A DNA stretch of 64,000 nt from a virus (taxonomy: Duplodnaviria; Caudoviricetes), in the IMG/VR virus record IMGVR_UViG_3300013121_000013, positions 32,001 to 96,000 of that record; one strand, given 5' to 3'. The notes below the pieces were generated by a model that searched no databases, was not told the origin of the DNA, and was given only the letters and a program-made list of their open reading frames with translations. The position numbers and the translations under genes were made by a program. This document shows, piece after piece, positions 1 to 8,265 of the stretch; positions within the stretch are counted from its first letter, which is position 1; each line of letters begins with the position of its first letter.

Positions 1-1
1 A

Positions 2-2743
2 AAGAAGATACCAAATATTTTGACCGGCCATCAGTTTATGATGAAGCTTCACCATACTTCCGAGTGCTTTAGTGCTGACACTGAAGTCTTAACTTCTGAA
101 GGTTGGAAGAAGTGGCCAACTGTAACGAGCAAAGATAAACTAGCTACAGTAGAATTAGGAAGTAATAAGTTATTCTTTGAAGAGCCTCTGGAGTTAGTTA
201 AGTATCATTTCAATGGTGATCTATTACAAGTTTCCAACCAATGTATAGATTATGCCGTTACGCCGAACCATCGATTGCTGTGTAGTTTTGAGAAATCTTC
301 TGATCTAGAATTTAACACAGCTAAGAATGTTTATTCTAGAGACTTCTATATACCTCAATCTGGATTTATAAACTCTGAGAATATTGACGAAGGCGAAGTT
401 AATATAAACGGGTTAAGCTTTAAATGGGATGACCTTTCAGAGCTTATTGCCTGGTGGGCAGCTAGAGGCAGTGCTACATCTTTAAAAGGCAAAAACATAG
501 TAACCATATATCAAAATGAAAACCTTAAACCCGAAGGCTTTGCCTCAATTGATCAGCTACTGTCGAGACTAAAGCTTAACTATAAAGTTATAAATATATA
601 TGGCAGAAAACTTGGCTTTACTATAAAGGGTAAAGAGCTTTCTAAATATTTTGTAAAGCTTGGGTCTAAAATATGTAATAAAAAGCTGCCAAGAGAGTTT
701 GTTACACAAACTTCTTTAGAGACTCGTAGAAAGTTTTTAGGCATAATAGCCTTTAATAGCGTTGTGGAAAAAGAAGATGGAAGGAAGTTTTATTCTTTCT
801 CTACGAAGTCCAGACAGTTGGCAGACGATATTCAAGAAGTTGCTATCAGATCCGGCTTCTCAGCTGTCGTAAAAAATGTAGTTATGGATAAGATGTTGAC
901 CGGATTTAAAGTAGAGATCTTTACTAACAATAAGCGTGTGAAAGTAGACCAAAACAGCCATTCTTATCTACAGTATTCTGGAATGGTATACTGCGCCAAT
1001 ATGAGAAATGGCCTGCTGTACGTTAGAAGAAACGGGAAGCCAATGCTTTCTGGAAATTCTAAGTCTCAAGGTAGAGGTCTTGGCGGCTATACAGCAGAAG
1101 GAATTCCCGCAAAGGGCGGGGACGATGCTAGTAAAAGAATGGCTATGATGGATACTTACGCTTTGCTGTCTCATGGAGGTATAGATATCCTTAGAGATTC
1201 TAATTTAATCCGTGGGCAGAGAAATGATGAGTATTGGCAGGCGTTTATGACTGGTCATAGGCCGCCTGCTCCTAAAGTTCCATTTGTATATGAAAAGTTT
1301 GTTAATTCTTTAAAGGCTTCTGGTATTAATGTAGTGCGAAAAGGTTCACAGACTCAATTAATGGGATTAACTGATAAAGATATAGAACAGATGGCTGGAG
1401 ATAGATATATAACAAACGCCGAGACTGTTGACTGGAAAGAAGGATTAAAGCCCGTTAAGGGAGGTTTATTTGATCAAGCTTTAACAGGCGGGCACGACGG
1501 CACGCGATGGGCGCGAATTAAGTTACACGAACCTATGCCAAATCCTGTTTTTGAAGAGCCTATCAGGAAGATCTTGAATCTTACTCAGTCTCAATTTGAT
1601 GATGTTATTAAAGGTAAGAGAAGTATTCATGGTCACACCGGGGCGAGCGGTATAAAGAAGCTTTTAGAGAATATTAATCTGGATAGAGCAATAGAGACAG
1701 CTAGAGCTGAAATAGCTGGAGGAAAAAAGAGCGCCAGAGATATGGCTATCCGTAAACTGGGATATCTAAAAGCTGCACAAGCTACTGGTGTTCATCCAAA
1801 AGATTGGGTAGTTTCTTCAATTCCAGTTTTGCCTCCAGCTTTCAGGCCTGTGTCGGTCATGAAAGGAAGCGGAGGTCAGCTAGTAGCTGATCCTAATTAT
1901 CTCTATAAAGAAGTGTTTGACGCTAATGAAACTTTGTCACAGCTGGCGACCATGGTCGATGATGTTGGGGAAGAGCGACTAAATGTATATAAAGCGTTTA
2001 AAGCAGTGACTGGTCTAGGCGACCCAACTCAACCAAAAAATCAAGAGCGTCAAATTCGCGGTCTTCTCAGACACGTATTTGGCGATTCTCCTAAATTTGG
2101 AATGGTGCAACAAAAGTTATTAGCGTCTTCTGTAAACTTAGTCGGTAGATCAGCGATTACTCCTAATGCAGATTTGGACATGGATCAGGTAGGCCTTCCA
2201 GAACCAACTGCTTGGTCTGTGTATAAACCATTCATTATTCGTAGACTCGTTCGTAAAGGTTTAAAGCCTTTAGATGCGGCCAGATCTGTTGCTGATCAAA
2301 CAAAAGTGGCTAGGGAAGCTTTAATTCAAGAAATGGAAGATAGGCCAGTAATTGTTGACCGTGCGCCTGTACTTCATAAGTATGGTATTATGGCTTTTAA
2401 ACCCTTATTAACTAAGGGGCATACACTTCAAGTCAACCCGGTAGTAACTAAAGGCTTTGGTGCCGACTTTGACGGCGATCAAATGAATTATCACGTACCA
2501 GCTGACGACGACGCTGTTGAAGAGGCACTTCATAAGATGTTGCCATCTAAGAATCTCTTTGCCACTTCTAGCTTTAAAGCTCATTATCTGCCTAACCAGG
2601 AATATGTAGGCGGTCTTTATGCGGCATCAGTTAATAAGAATAAAAATAGGCCACGAAGGTTTGCTACCAAAGCGGACCTTTATAAAGCTATAAAATCTGG
2701 AAATGTTAATATTGACGATCCAGTCGAAGTCGTACAAACCTAA
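2..2743 (+). CDS. Phage multisubunit RNA polymerase: beta C-terminal region fused to beta' N-terminal half, with an intein; 5'-truncated by the window
   Basis: Frame is open from base 2. After intein removal FMMKLHHTSE|SKSQGRGLGGYT..KGG..SKRMAMMDTYALLSHG matches the RpoB C-terminus (YMLKLxH..DKMHARSTG..GGQRFGEMEVWAL). It continues into RpoC motifs: ETVD..KP.KGGLFD, IPVLPPAFRP, GRSAITP, DRAPVLHK and catalytic GADFDGDQM (2459-2479). Confidence 0.93.
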   Translation, partial: KKIPNILTGHQFMMKLHHTSECFSADTEVLTSEGWKKWPTVTSKDKLATVELGSNKLFFEEPLELVKYHFNGDLLQVSNQCIDYAVTPNHRLLCSFEKSSDLEFNTAKNVYSRDFYIPQSGFINSENIDEGEVNINGLSFKWDDLSELIAWWAARGSATSLKGKNIVTIYQNENLKPEGFASIDQLLSRLKLNYKVINIYGRKLGFTIKGKELSKYFVKLGSKICNKKLPREFVTQTSLETRRKFLGIIAFNSVVEKEDGRKFYSFSTKSRQLADDIQEVAIRSGFSAVVKNVVMDKMLTGFKVEIFTNNKRVKVDQNSHSYLQYSGMVYCANMRNGLLYVRRNGKPMLSGNSKSQGRGLGGYTAEGIPAKGGDDASKRMAMMDTYALLSHGGIDILRDSNLIRGQRNDEYWQAFMTGHRPPAPKVPFVYEKFVNSLKASGINVVRKGSQTQLMGLTDKDIEQMAGDRYITNAETVDWKEGLKPVKGGLFDQALTGGHDGTRWARIKLHEPMPNPVFEEPIRKILNLTQSQFDDVIKGKRSIHGHTGASGIKKLLENINLDRAIETARAEIAGGKKSARDMAIRKLGYLKAAQATGVHPKDWVVSSIPVLPPAFRPVSVMKGSGGQLVADPNYLYKEVFDANETLSQLATMVDDVGEERLNVYKAFKAVTGLGDPTQPKNQERQIRGLLRHVFGDSPKFGMVQQKLLASSVNLVGRSAITPNADLDMDQVGLPEPTAWSVYKPFIIRRLVRKGLKPLDAARSVADQTKVAREALIQEMEDRPVIVDRAPVLHKYGIMAFKPLLTKGHTLQVNPVVTKGFGADFDGDQMNYHVPADDDAVEEALHKMLPSKNLFATSSFKAHYLPNQEYVGGLYAASVNKNKNRPRRFATKADLYKAIKSGNVNIDDPVEVVQT
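65..1057 (+). mobile_element. Intein (331 aa) with a degenerate LAGLIDADG endonuclease, inside the RNAP beta region
   Basis: Block A CFSADTEVLT, block B VTPNHRL, block F/G YSGMVYC..NGLLYVRRNGKPMLSGN followed by +1 Ser. Removing it restores the RpoB motif. The LAGLIDADG-like helices are eroded (LIAWWAARGS; FLGIIAFNS). Confidence 0.92.
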
Positions 2744-2755
2744 AAAGGACTAATA

Positions 2756-3217
2756 ATGTTAAAAAGCGTTAAGAACTTTTGTGTATATATGTTTCTATCT
2801 GCTAGAATGTATTTAAAGAATAGGCAACTTCTTAAAAATATTAATTTTGAGATAGATAAAATTAATAAGAATAAGTTTAAATATTACGAAGACGTAACTA
2901 AGTCGGATTTATTATGCAGGCTAAATGAATTGCAAGTAGACTTGCATTCTTTTAAACTAAATTACGTTAAGAGATCGACTAGTGACGTTTTGGGTGGTTA
3001 TGATATTAACATAGAAGTGGGCGGTCGTAATTTATCTGATTGTGGCGTCCTGGTTCAGGGTGTGGACATCAGTATTAGTTCTAAAGATTTTATACCTAAG
3101 GTTACGCTTCATACAGTAACTTTACCTAACGATTTTGTCTCGTCTAAGGAGCCGACAAGAAATGAAAAACCTGAGCAGGTCGTTGATAAAAACAGCGTCC
3201 ATAAGGGCGAAGTCTGA
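2756..3217 (+). CDS. Hypothetical protein
   Basis: 153-aa ORF with an AAGGA RBS; no recognisable motif. Confidence 0.55.
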   Translation: MLKSVKNFCVYMFLSARMYLKNRQLLKNINFEIDKINKNKFKYYEDVTKSDLLCRLNELQVDLHSFKLNYVKRSTSDVLGGYDINIEVGGRNLSDCGVLVQGVDISISSKDFIPKVTLHTVTLPNDFVSSKEPTRNEKPEQVVDKNSVHKGEV

Positions 3218-4346
3218 TCATATAAATGGACTCATAAAGCAAGGTGCATCTTTGTATAAAAATGTACTGAGTCCTTTAAATGAAAAACTAGCCTATAGAG
3301 ATTTAAAAGATCCTCTTGGTCCTTACGAAGCGGATAGATCGGCGGCTGTTTCTGGTTTAGACAACCAGGTTGCAGTTGACGAATACATTCGTGAAAAGCA
3401 CCCAGTTCAATATTGGCTAAATCCTCTGGTAAACGGGCCAATATCTGAAATTATGCATAGACTTTCTAGACGTCATAATGCGTCAATGGGAAGAAGTATG
3501 GGTATGGAAGTTGGTAGGGGTGCAGCTGGGCTTATAGGCGGCATAAATGTTCCGTTAGCCCCTGGGTTAGGAGTACATGCCGGCACTGATATATTTGATA
3601 TAGGAGCGACCATTGCTGGCGGTGCGGGGTCTAAAACAAGGGCCAGAGATACCTTCAATACCAAGCTTAAACCAAGATTAGATATGACAAAAAAAAGAGA
3701 CGAGGAAGATGAAGCTGAAAAAACTTCATCTGATAAAGACTCAGATATCGGGGCTTATACTGCAACTCAGTTAGGGCAATTTAGAGAATCTGATGCGGCT
3801 GTAGCAGCAAATGAGTTTAACAGGAGTAATAGACCCTTCCATTATTGGTTAAACCCTTATGTACAAGGTCCACTCGGAGAGTTTAAGAATAGATATTTAA
3901 GAAGACTTGCAGCTGCAAGGGGCACATCCACTCCAGCTGCTGTAGCTTCGAGTATTCCGTTGTTGAACTTAATCGGGGCTCCTGCAGCAGCTTTATTGTC
4001 TGGAGGACTTAAAAATAAAAATAAGATGCGAAGAATGAGTTCTCCAGATATAGAAGATAGAAAGAAAAAAGAAGTAGAAAAAGATGTCGATGTTATGACC
4101 TATGGCAGTAACCAAAATTATGCCAGACAAAGAACTAAAGAATCTATGCACGTTCCTAGATACCTAGCTTTCAGCTATAGACTAGGGAAGTCAGCTGCGG
4201 AGGTAGGCATGCCGCAAGTTTCTCCTAGCGGCTCTACTTCTTCAAAGTTACCAATTTCGAAAGTAGGTAGGCCTAGAGGGTTAATGTCCATAAAAGCTCC
4301 TCTAGCTGGAGGTTCACAAGCTGGAAATAATTTTTTTTTTAACTGA
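3162..4346 (+). CDS. Putative internal head/ejected protein (K-x-A motifs, duplicated YWLNPxVxGP unit)
   Basis: ATG 3162 follows AAGGAG. Contains IKTAS, EKLAY and GKSAA, two copies of a ..P..YWLNP.V.GP.GE unit, and Gly-rich hydrophobic segments. Confidence 0.55.
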   Translation: MKNLSRSLIKTASIRAKSDHINGLIKQGASLYKNVLSPLNEKLAYRDLKDPLGPYEADRSAAVSGLDNQVAVDEYIREKHPVQYWLNPLVNGPISEIMHRLSRRHNASMGRSMGMEVGRGAAGLIGGINVPLAPGLGVHAGTDIFDIGATIAGGAGSKTRARDTFNTKLKPRLDMTKKRDEEDEAEKTSSDKDSDIGAYTATQLGQFRESDAAVAANEFNRSNRPFHYWLNPYVQGPLGEFKNRYLRRLAAARGTSTPAAVASSIPLLNLIGAPAAALLSGGLKNKNKMRRMSSPDIEDRKKKEVEKDVDVMTYGSNQNYARQRTKESMHVPRYLAFSYRLGKSAAEVGMPQVSPSGSTSSKLPISKVGRPRGLMSIKAPLAGGSQAGNNFFFN

Positions 4347-4383
4347 CAACGATCCGTCTGTCAGTGTAAAGAAGGCTGGCATC

Positions 4384-4773
4384 TTGTATAAAAAGATGGA
4401 TCCAACAGAGCCTATATTAACAAGGCTTAAAAAAAGAAACGATAAGACCGGAGAAACCGAAATAGGTAATTTTTGGGCTGGCGTAGAGCAGTATCAAAAA
4501 CCTAGATTTTTAACTAGACTATTTACTGACGACGAGAACAAGCAATACAACACGGCCACTAACCATTCATTTGCTGTGGACCTGGATGAATATAAAAATA
4601 GACCAGAGTCTTTAAAGAAAGAGGTCGATGCAAGATCTGCACTGTGGTTGGCAGCACTAGTTGAAAACTATCCTAAGCAGTATAGATTTGAAGGTGAAGA
4701 TCTATATACAGTGCCAGAAGAAGTTGCTTTAAAAGGTCCAAAAAGTAACACCAACTTAGAGTATAAAGTTTGA
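4384..4773 (+). CDS. Hypothetical protein, possibly the frameshifted C-terminus of the upstream gene
   Basis: Weak RBS. Its frame is open back through the T10 run at 4331-4340. Confidence 0.5.
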   Translation: MYKKMDPTEPILTRLKKRNDKTGETEIGNFWAGVEQYQKPRFLTRLFTDDENKQYNTATNHSFAVDLDEYKNRPESLKKEVDARSALWLAALVENYPKQYRFEGEDLYTVPEEVALKGPKSNTNLEYKV

Positions 4774-4787
4774 TAGACGTCTAGCAA
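4770..4787. promoter_or_regulatory. 18-bp palindrome, copy 1 (TTGATAGACGTCTAGCAA, 1 mismatch)
   Basis: Overlaps the TGA stop and lies just before the next RBS; matches four other copies. Confidence 0.7.
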
Positions 4788-4801
4788 AAAGGAAATGTTT
4801 T

Positions 4802-5542
4802 ATGCCAATGTATAACCCCGAGTTAATGAGACTTGCGCAGAAAAAGGCTTCTGCTCGAAAGAAGCAAGCATTTGTACCAGGCGATCCGGCTGCAGCAGCA
4901 GGTGGAGGAGGTGGAATGCCTATGGATCCTGCAATGATGGGTGGCGCTCCTCCTATGGATCCTGCAATGATGGGTGGCGCTCCTCCTATGGATCCTGCAA
5001 TGATGGGTGGCGGGGGAATGCCGCCAGCTGCACCACCACCTCCTCCTCCAGCACCTCCTGCACCTCAGCCAGCTACAGCTGAATCAGGAGGAAAACCTCC
5101 TAAGCCTGATATCAATACAGTTGCTAACGACATTTGGCAAGTTAAAAAGATGGTTGAAGGCATCTATCATAGAAATGAATGGCCATTACCTCAAGGCTTG
5201 ATAGACGGCCCTAATAGAGACCCAGCGACAGGCGCTGCTGTGCCGCCTGGAACACCTGGATCTACAAGCGACATGTCGGCACCTACTCAGAATCCTGCAG
5301 GCGGGGGCGGCGGCGCTATACCAGCCATAGAGCCGATGGAAGCCGCCAGTTTTGGAGGAGGCGGAGAAAAGAGTGGAAGCTTTAAGCGGACAGAAGTTGT
5401 AGGTGAGCCTTATGCAGATTCGTCTAGAACTGGCCGACATAGAAACAATATAACTACAATGTCTAAAGCAGCTGCCGTGGCCAGATTGGTTCAGGGTCTG
5501 GCTATGAAACGGGAGAAAGAACGTGCGTCTAGAAGCTCATAA
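4802..5542 (+). CDS. Pro/Gly/Met-rich putative internal head protein
   Basis: N-terminal KKASARKKQAF, PMDPAMMGGAP repeats and poly-Pro. Confidence 0.6.
   Translation: MPMYNPELMRLAQKKASARKKQAFVPGDPAAAAGGGGGMPMDPAMMGGAPPMDPAMMGGAPPMDPAMMGGGGMPPAAPPPPPPAPPAPQPATAESGGKPPKPDINTVANDIWQVKKMVEGIYHRNEWPLPQGLIDGPNRDPATGAAVPPGTPGSTSDMSAPTQNPAGGGGGAIPAIEPMEAASFGGGGEKSGSFKRTEVVGEPYADSSRTGRHRNNITTMSKAAAVARLVQGLAMKREKERASRSS
4919..5012 (+). repeat. 33-bp tandem repeat, ~2.8 copies (PMDPAMMGGAP)
   Basis: CCTATGGATCCTGCAATGATGGGTGGCGCTCCT starts at 4919, 4952 and 4985 (partial). Confidence 0.95.
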
Positions 5543-5786
5543 TGCTTTTGGAGATGTCATCAACTCAGAAGTGACTAGGGTTGTTGTATATGATGACTAT
5601 GACAACCCTATTTCTGTAACATTTAAATACAACGACGGCAATATCTTTACAGCTAATGTCACCGACCCTGATTTTCAAAGAATTCTTTCTTTTTTAGGTA
5701 TTAAAAAAATTGTAAAGGTATCAACTTTAAAGTCTACGAGTATAAAAGATGCTATCGACAACAGCAGGACAATTCTTAATCAATGA
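5523..5786 (+). CDS. Small hypothetical protein overlapping both neighbours
   Basis: 87-aa ORF with a GTG start after GGGAG. Confidence 0.55.
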   Translation: MRLEAHNAFGDVINSEVTRVVVYDDYDNPISVTFKYNDGNIFTANVTDPDFQRILSFLGIKKIVKVSTLKSTSIKDAIDNSRTILNQ

Positions 5787-7638
5787 ATCGCTTCCACCAG
5801 ATCTCAGAGACTACAATAGAGTTCTGGATATGAAAGGCATTAAAAAATTATTTCAAGATATAGCTGAAAAGCATCCTGATAACTATAAGGATATAACAAA
5901 GAAGTTATTTGATATAGCCAGAACTAGTGCTTACGAGACTGGAGGCTATTCTTTTGCTTTAGAGCATTTAACTAAAGCTAAGTCGGCTAAGGCAATAACT
6001 GAGAAGATAAGACAAAAAGTTAATGCTATAAATATGGACAATACGTTGTCCAAAGACGAAAAAGAAAAGAAAATTCTAGAGACTGTCTTAGGCGAAGATG
6101 AAAATTTAACTAATGCTGTCTATAAAGAAAGTCTAGAAGAAAACAATCCTATAGCATTGCAAGTTAAATCTGGTGCTAGGGGTAAGCCTATGAACTTGAG
6201 AAGTCTACGTGGAGCAGACTTAACGTATGTTGATCACAGAGATAGACCGATTCCTATACCTATTTTAAGGAGCTATAGCGAAGGTTTGTCTCCAGCTGAA
6301 TACTTCGCTGCAGCTTTCGGAGCTAGAAAGGGCATTATCGATGTTAAGTTTGCAACTCAAGATGCTGGGTATTTTTCAAAACAGCTAAATCAAGCTACAC
6401 ATAGACTAATGGTGTCTGCTACAGATTCAGAAACTGAACCCACTAACATTAGGGGACTTCCAGTAGATACAAATGATTCGGATAACGAAGGAGCACTATT
6501 GGCTTACCCTGTTGGCGGGTATCCAAGAAATACAGTACTAACTCCTAAAATATTAAATGATCTACAAAATAAGGGCATAGACAAGCTCTTAGTAAGGAGC
6601 CCTCTAGTAGGCGGACCTGAAGATGGTGGAGTGTATGCTAGAGATGTAGGGGTCAGAGAAAGAGGAACTCTCGCGCCTATCGGAGATATGGTAGGAATTA
6701 CAGCCTCGCAGGCATTAAGCGAGCCTCTAAGTCAAAGCCAACTTTCATCAAAGCACAGTGGAGGCGTTGCCGGAGCAGCTAAGGGTGTCAGCGGATTCAA
6801 GCTGATGGATCAATTAGTTCAGGTTCCAAAAACATTTCCAGGCGGTGCTACTCACGCACAGATTGACGGTAGGGTAGAACAGATAGTCGAAGCTCCTGCT
6901 GGAGGTCATTATGTAACTATATCAGGAGAGCGACATTACGTCCCTTCTGGTCTAGATCTTAAGGTTAAAAAAGGTGATCCGATAGAAGCTGGCGATGTCC
7001 TGTCTGCCGGTATTCCCAATCCTTCAGAAATTGTAAAACATAAAGGAATTGGTGAAGGTAGACGTTATTATGCAAATTTATTCAAGTCCTCTTTAACGGA
7101 ATCAGGAATACCAGCAAATAGAAGGAATGTTGAACTTCTAGCTAGGGGCTTGATAAACCATGTCAGAATCACAGAAGAAATGGGCGAATACGTACCAGGT
7201 GATGTATTGCCATATAACGTCTTAGAGAGTCGCTATCAGCCACGTGAAGGGCATAAGGTAATGGACCCAAAACAAGCTGTTGGCCACTACCTTGAAGAGC
7301 CTGTACTTCACTACAGTATAGGCACAAAGATTAGACCAACGATGATACCTGATTTACAGAGATACGGTGTAAGTAATGTCAAGGTGCATCCCGATCCAGC
7401 GTATTTTGAACCTGAAATGGTCAGAGGAATGCAGAACGTGACACAAGACCCAGATTGGATGACGAAGATGCTTGGTTCTAACCAGCAACGAAGTCTGTTA
7501 TCAAGTGTCCATAGAGGTAATAGAAGTGACGAACAAAGCACTAGCTTTGTCCCAGCTTTAGCCAAGGCCGAGGGCTTTGGTATAACAAGTAAAGTAAAAG
7601 ATTGGCATAAGACGCCAAAGGAGTTGTTCAGTGACTAG
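5749..7638 (+). CDS. RNA polymerase beta' subunit, C-terminal half (funnel, bridge helix, trigger loop, clamp)
   Basis: TTAGQFLIN (~TTxGR), NPI..QVKSGARG, bridge helix SEGLSPAEYFAAAFGARKGIIDVKFATQDAGYFSKQL, trigger loop GDMVGITASQALSEPLSQSQLSSKHSGG, and RRNVELLARGL. Confidence 0.92.
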   Translation: MLSTTAGQFLINESLPPDLRDYNRVLDMKGIKKLFQDIAEKHPDNYKDITKKLFDIARTSAYETGGYSFALEHLTKAKSAKAITEKIRQKVNAINMDNTLSKDEKEKKILETVLGEDENLTNAVYKESLEENNPIALQVKSGARGKPMNLRSLRGADLTYVDHRDRPIPIPILRSYSEGLSPAEYFAAAFGARKGIIDVKFATQDAGYFSKQLNQATHRLMVSATDSETEPTNIRGLPVDTNDSDNEGALLAYPVGGYPRNTVLTPKILNDLQNKGIDKLLVRSPLVGGPEDGGVYARDVGVRERGTLAPIGDMVGITASQALSEPLSQSQLSSKHSGGVAGAAKGVSGFKLMDQLVQVPKTFPGGATHAQIDGRVEQIVEAPAGGHYVTISGERHYVPSGLDLKVKKGDPIEAGDVLSAGIPNPSEIVKHKGIGEGRRYYANLFKSSLTESGIPANRRNVELLARGLINHVRITEEMGEYVPGDVLPYNVLESRYQPREGHKVMDPKQAVGHYLEEPVLHYSIGTKIRPTMIPDLQRYGVSNVKVHPDPAYFEPEMVRGMQNVTQDPDWMTKMLGSNQQRSLLSSVHRGNRSDEQSTSFVPALAKAEGFGITSKVKDWHKTPKELFSD

Positions 7639-8191
7639 AAATAGTAGAATGCTTAAAGCCGCGTTCTTAGGCTCTGGCGGCGGCCAGGGAGCTAGTGCTG
7701 GCGGCTTCTCTTCTGGTAATTTATTTAATAGAAGTGCTGGACAGACAGCAACTAATGTTAGACCTGCTTCAACTCCTTACGACAGAAGTACGGGAGTTAA
7801 TCTTGGGGCTAGAGCTGGAAATACTGGAACCAATACAGGCGCTAATAAACCACCAACCACTACAGCAAATGGCTCGCCAACTACAACAACGTCTGGGCAA
7901 TCTATTGGAGATATGACCTCCGGTATAGGCAATTTCTTAAAAGGAATGGTATTGCCGAGAAGTGGAAGTGGACAAGATATGGGGCAGTGGTTAGGAGGGC
8001 CTATGGGTAAGATGATAATGCCAATGTTAGGTGCCACTGGCCCTATGGCCCTTCCAGCTATTATGTGGATGCAGCAAATGATGAATGGCAATATGAAAGA
8101 TTGGAATACTATTACTGCTGGACCTGGAAAAGAAGTAAGATCTTCGTTATCTAAAGATATCAAATGCATTATGGGCATAAGAGAGAGCTAA
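7631..8191 (+). CDS. Gly/Thr/Met-rich putative virion internal protein
   Basis: Low complexity, an MLKAAF motif near the N-terminus and a hydrophobic Met-rich segment. Confidence 0.5.
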   Translation: MTRNSRMLKAAFLGSGGGQGASAGGFSSGNLFNRSAGQTATNVRPASTPYDRSTGVNLGARAGNTGTNTGANKPPTTTANGSPTTTTSGQSIGDMTSGIGNFLKGMVLPRSGSGQDMGQWLGGPMGKMIMPMLGATGPMALPAIMWMQQMMNGNMKDWNTITAGPGKEVRSSLSKDIKCIMGIRES

Positions 8192-8198
8192 ACAATTA

Positions 8199-8228
8199 TT
8201 GCAGAGATATTTAAATACTTGTTATTCT
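8199..8228 (+). promoter_or_regulatory. Candidate sigma70-type promoter (TTGCAG-18-TATTCT with extended -10 TG)
   Basis: Intergenic and upstream of the AAGGAG RBS of the 8266 gene; motif match only. Confidence 0.3.
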
Positions 8229-8265
8229 AGGTTAGTAAGCTTTAACAACGGCAAGGAGACTGAAC

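Noticed and set aside
2-7638. Host chromosomal rpoBC operon
   Set aside because: No flanking ribosomal protein genes; the genes are split, lack zinc sites and are interleaved with virion-type genes.
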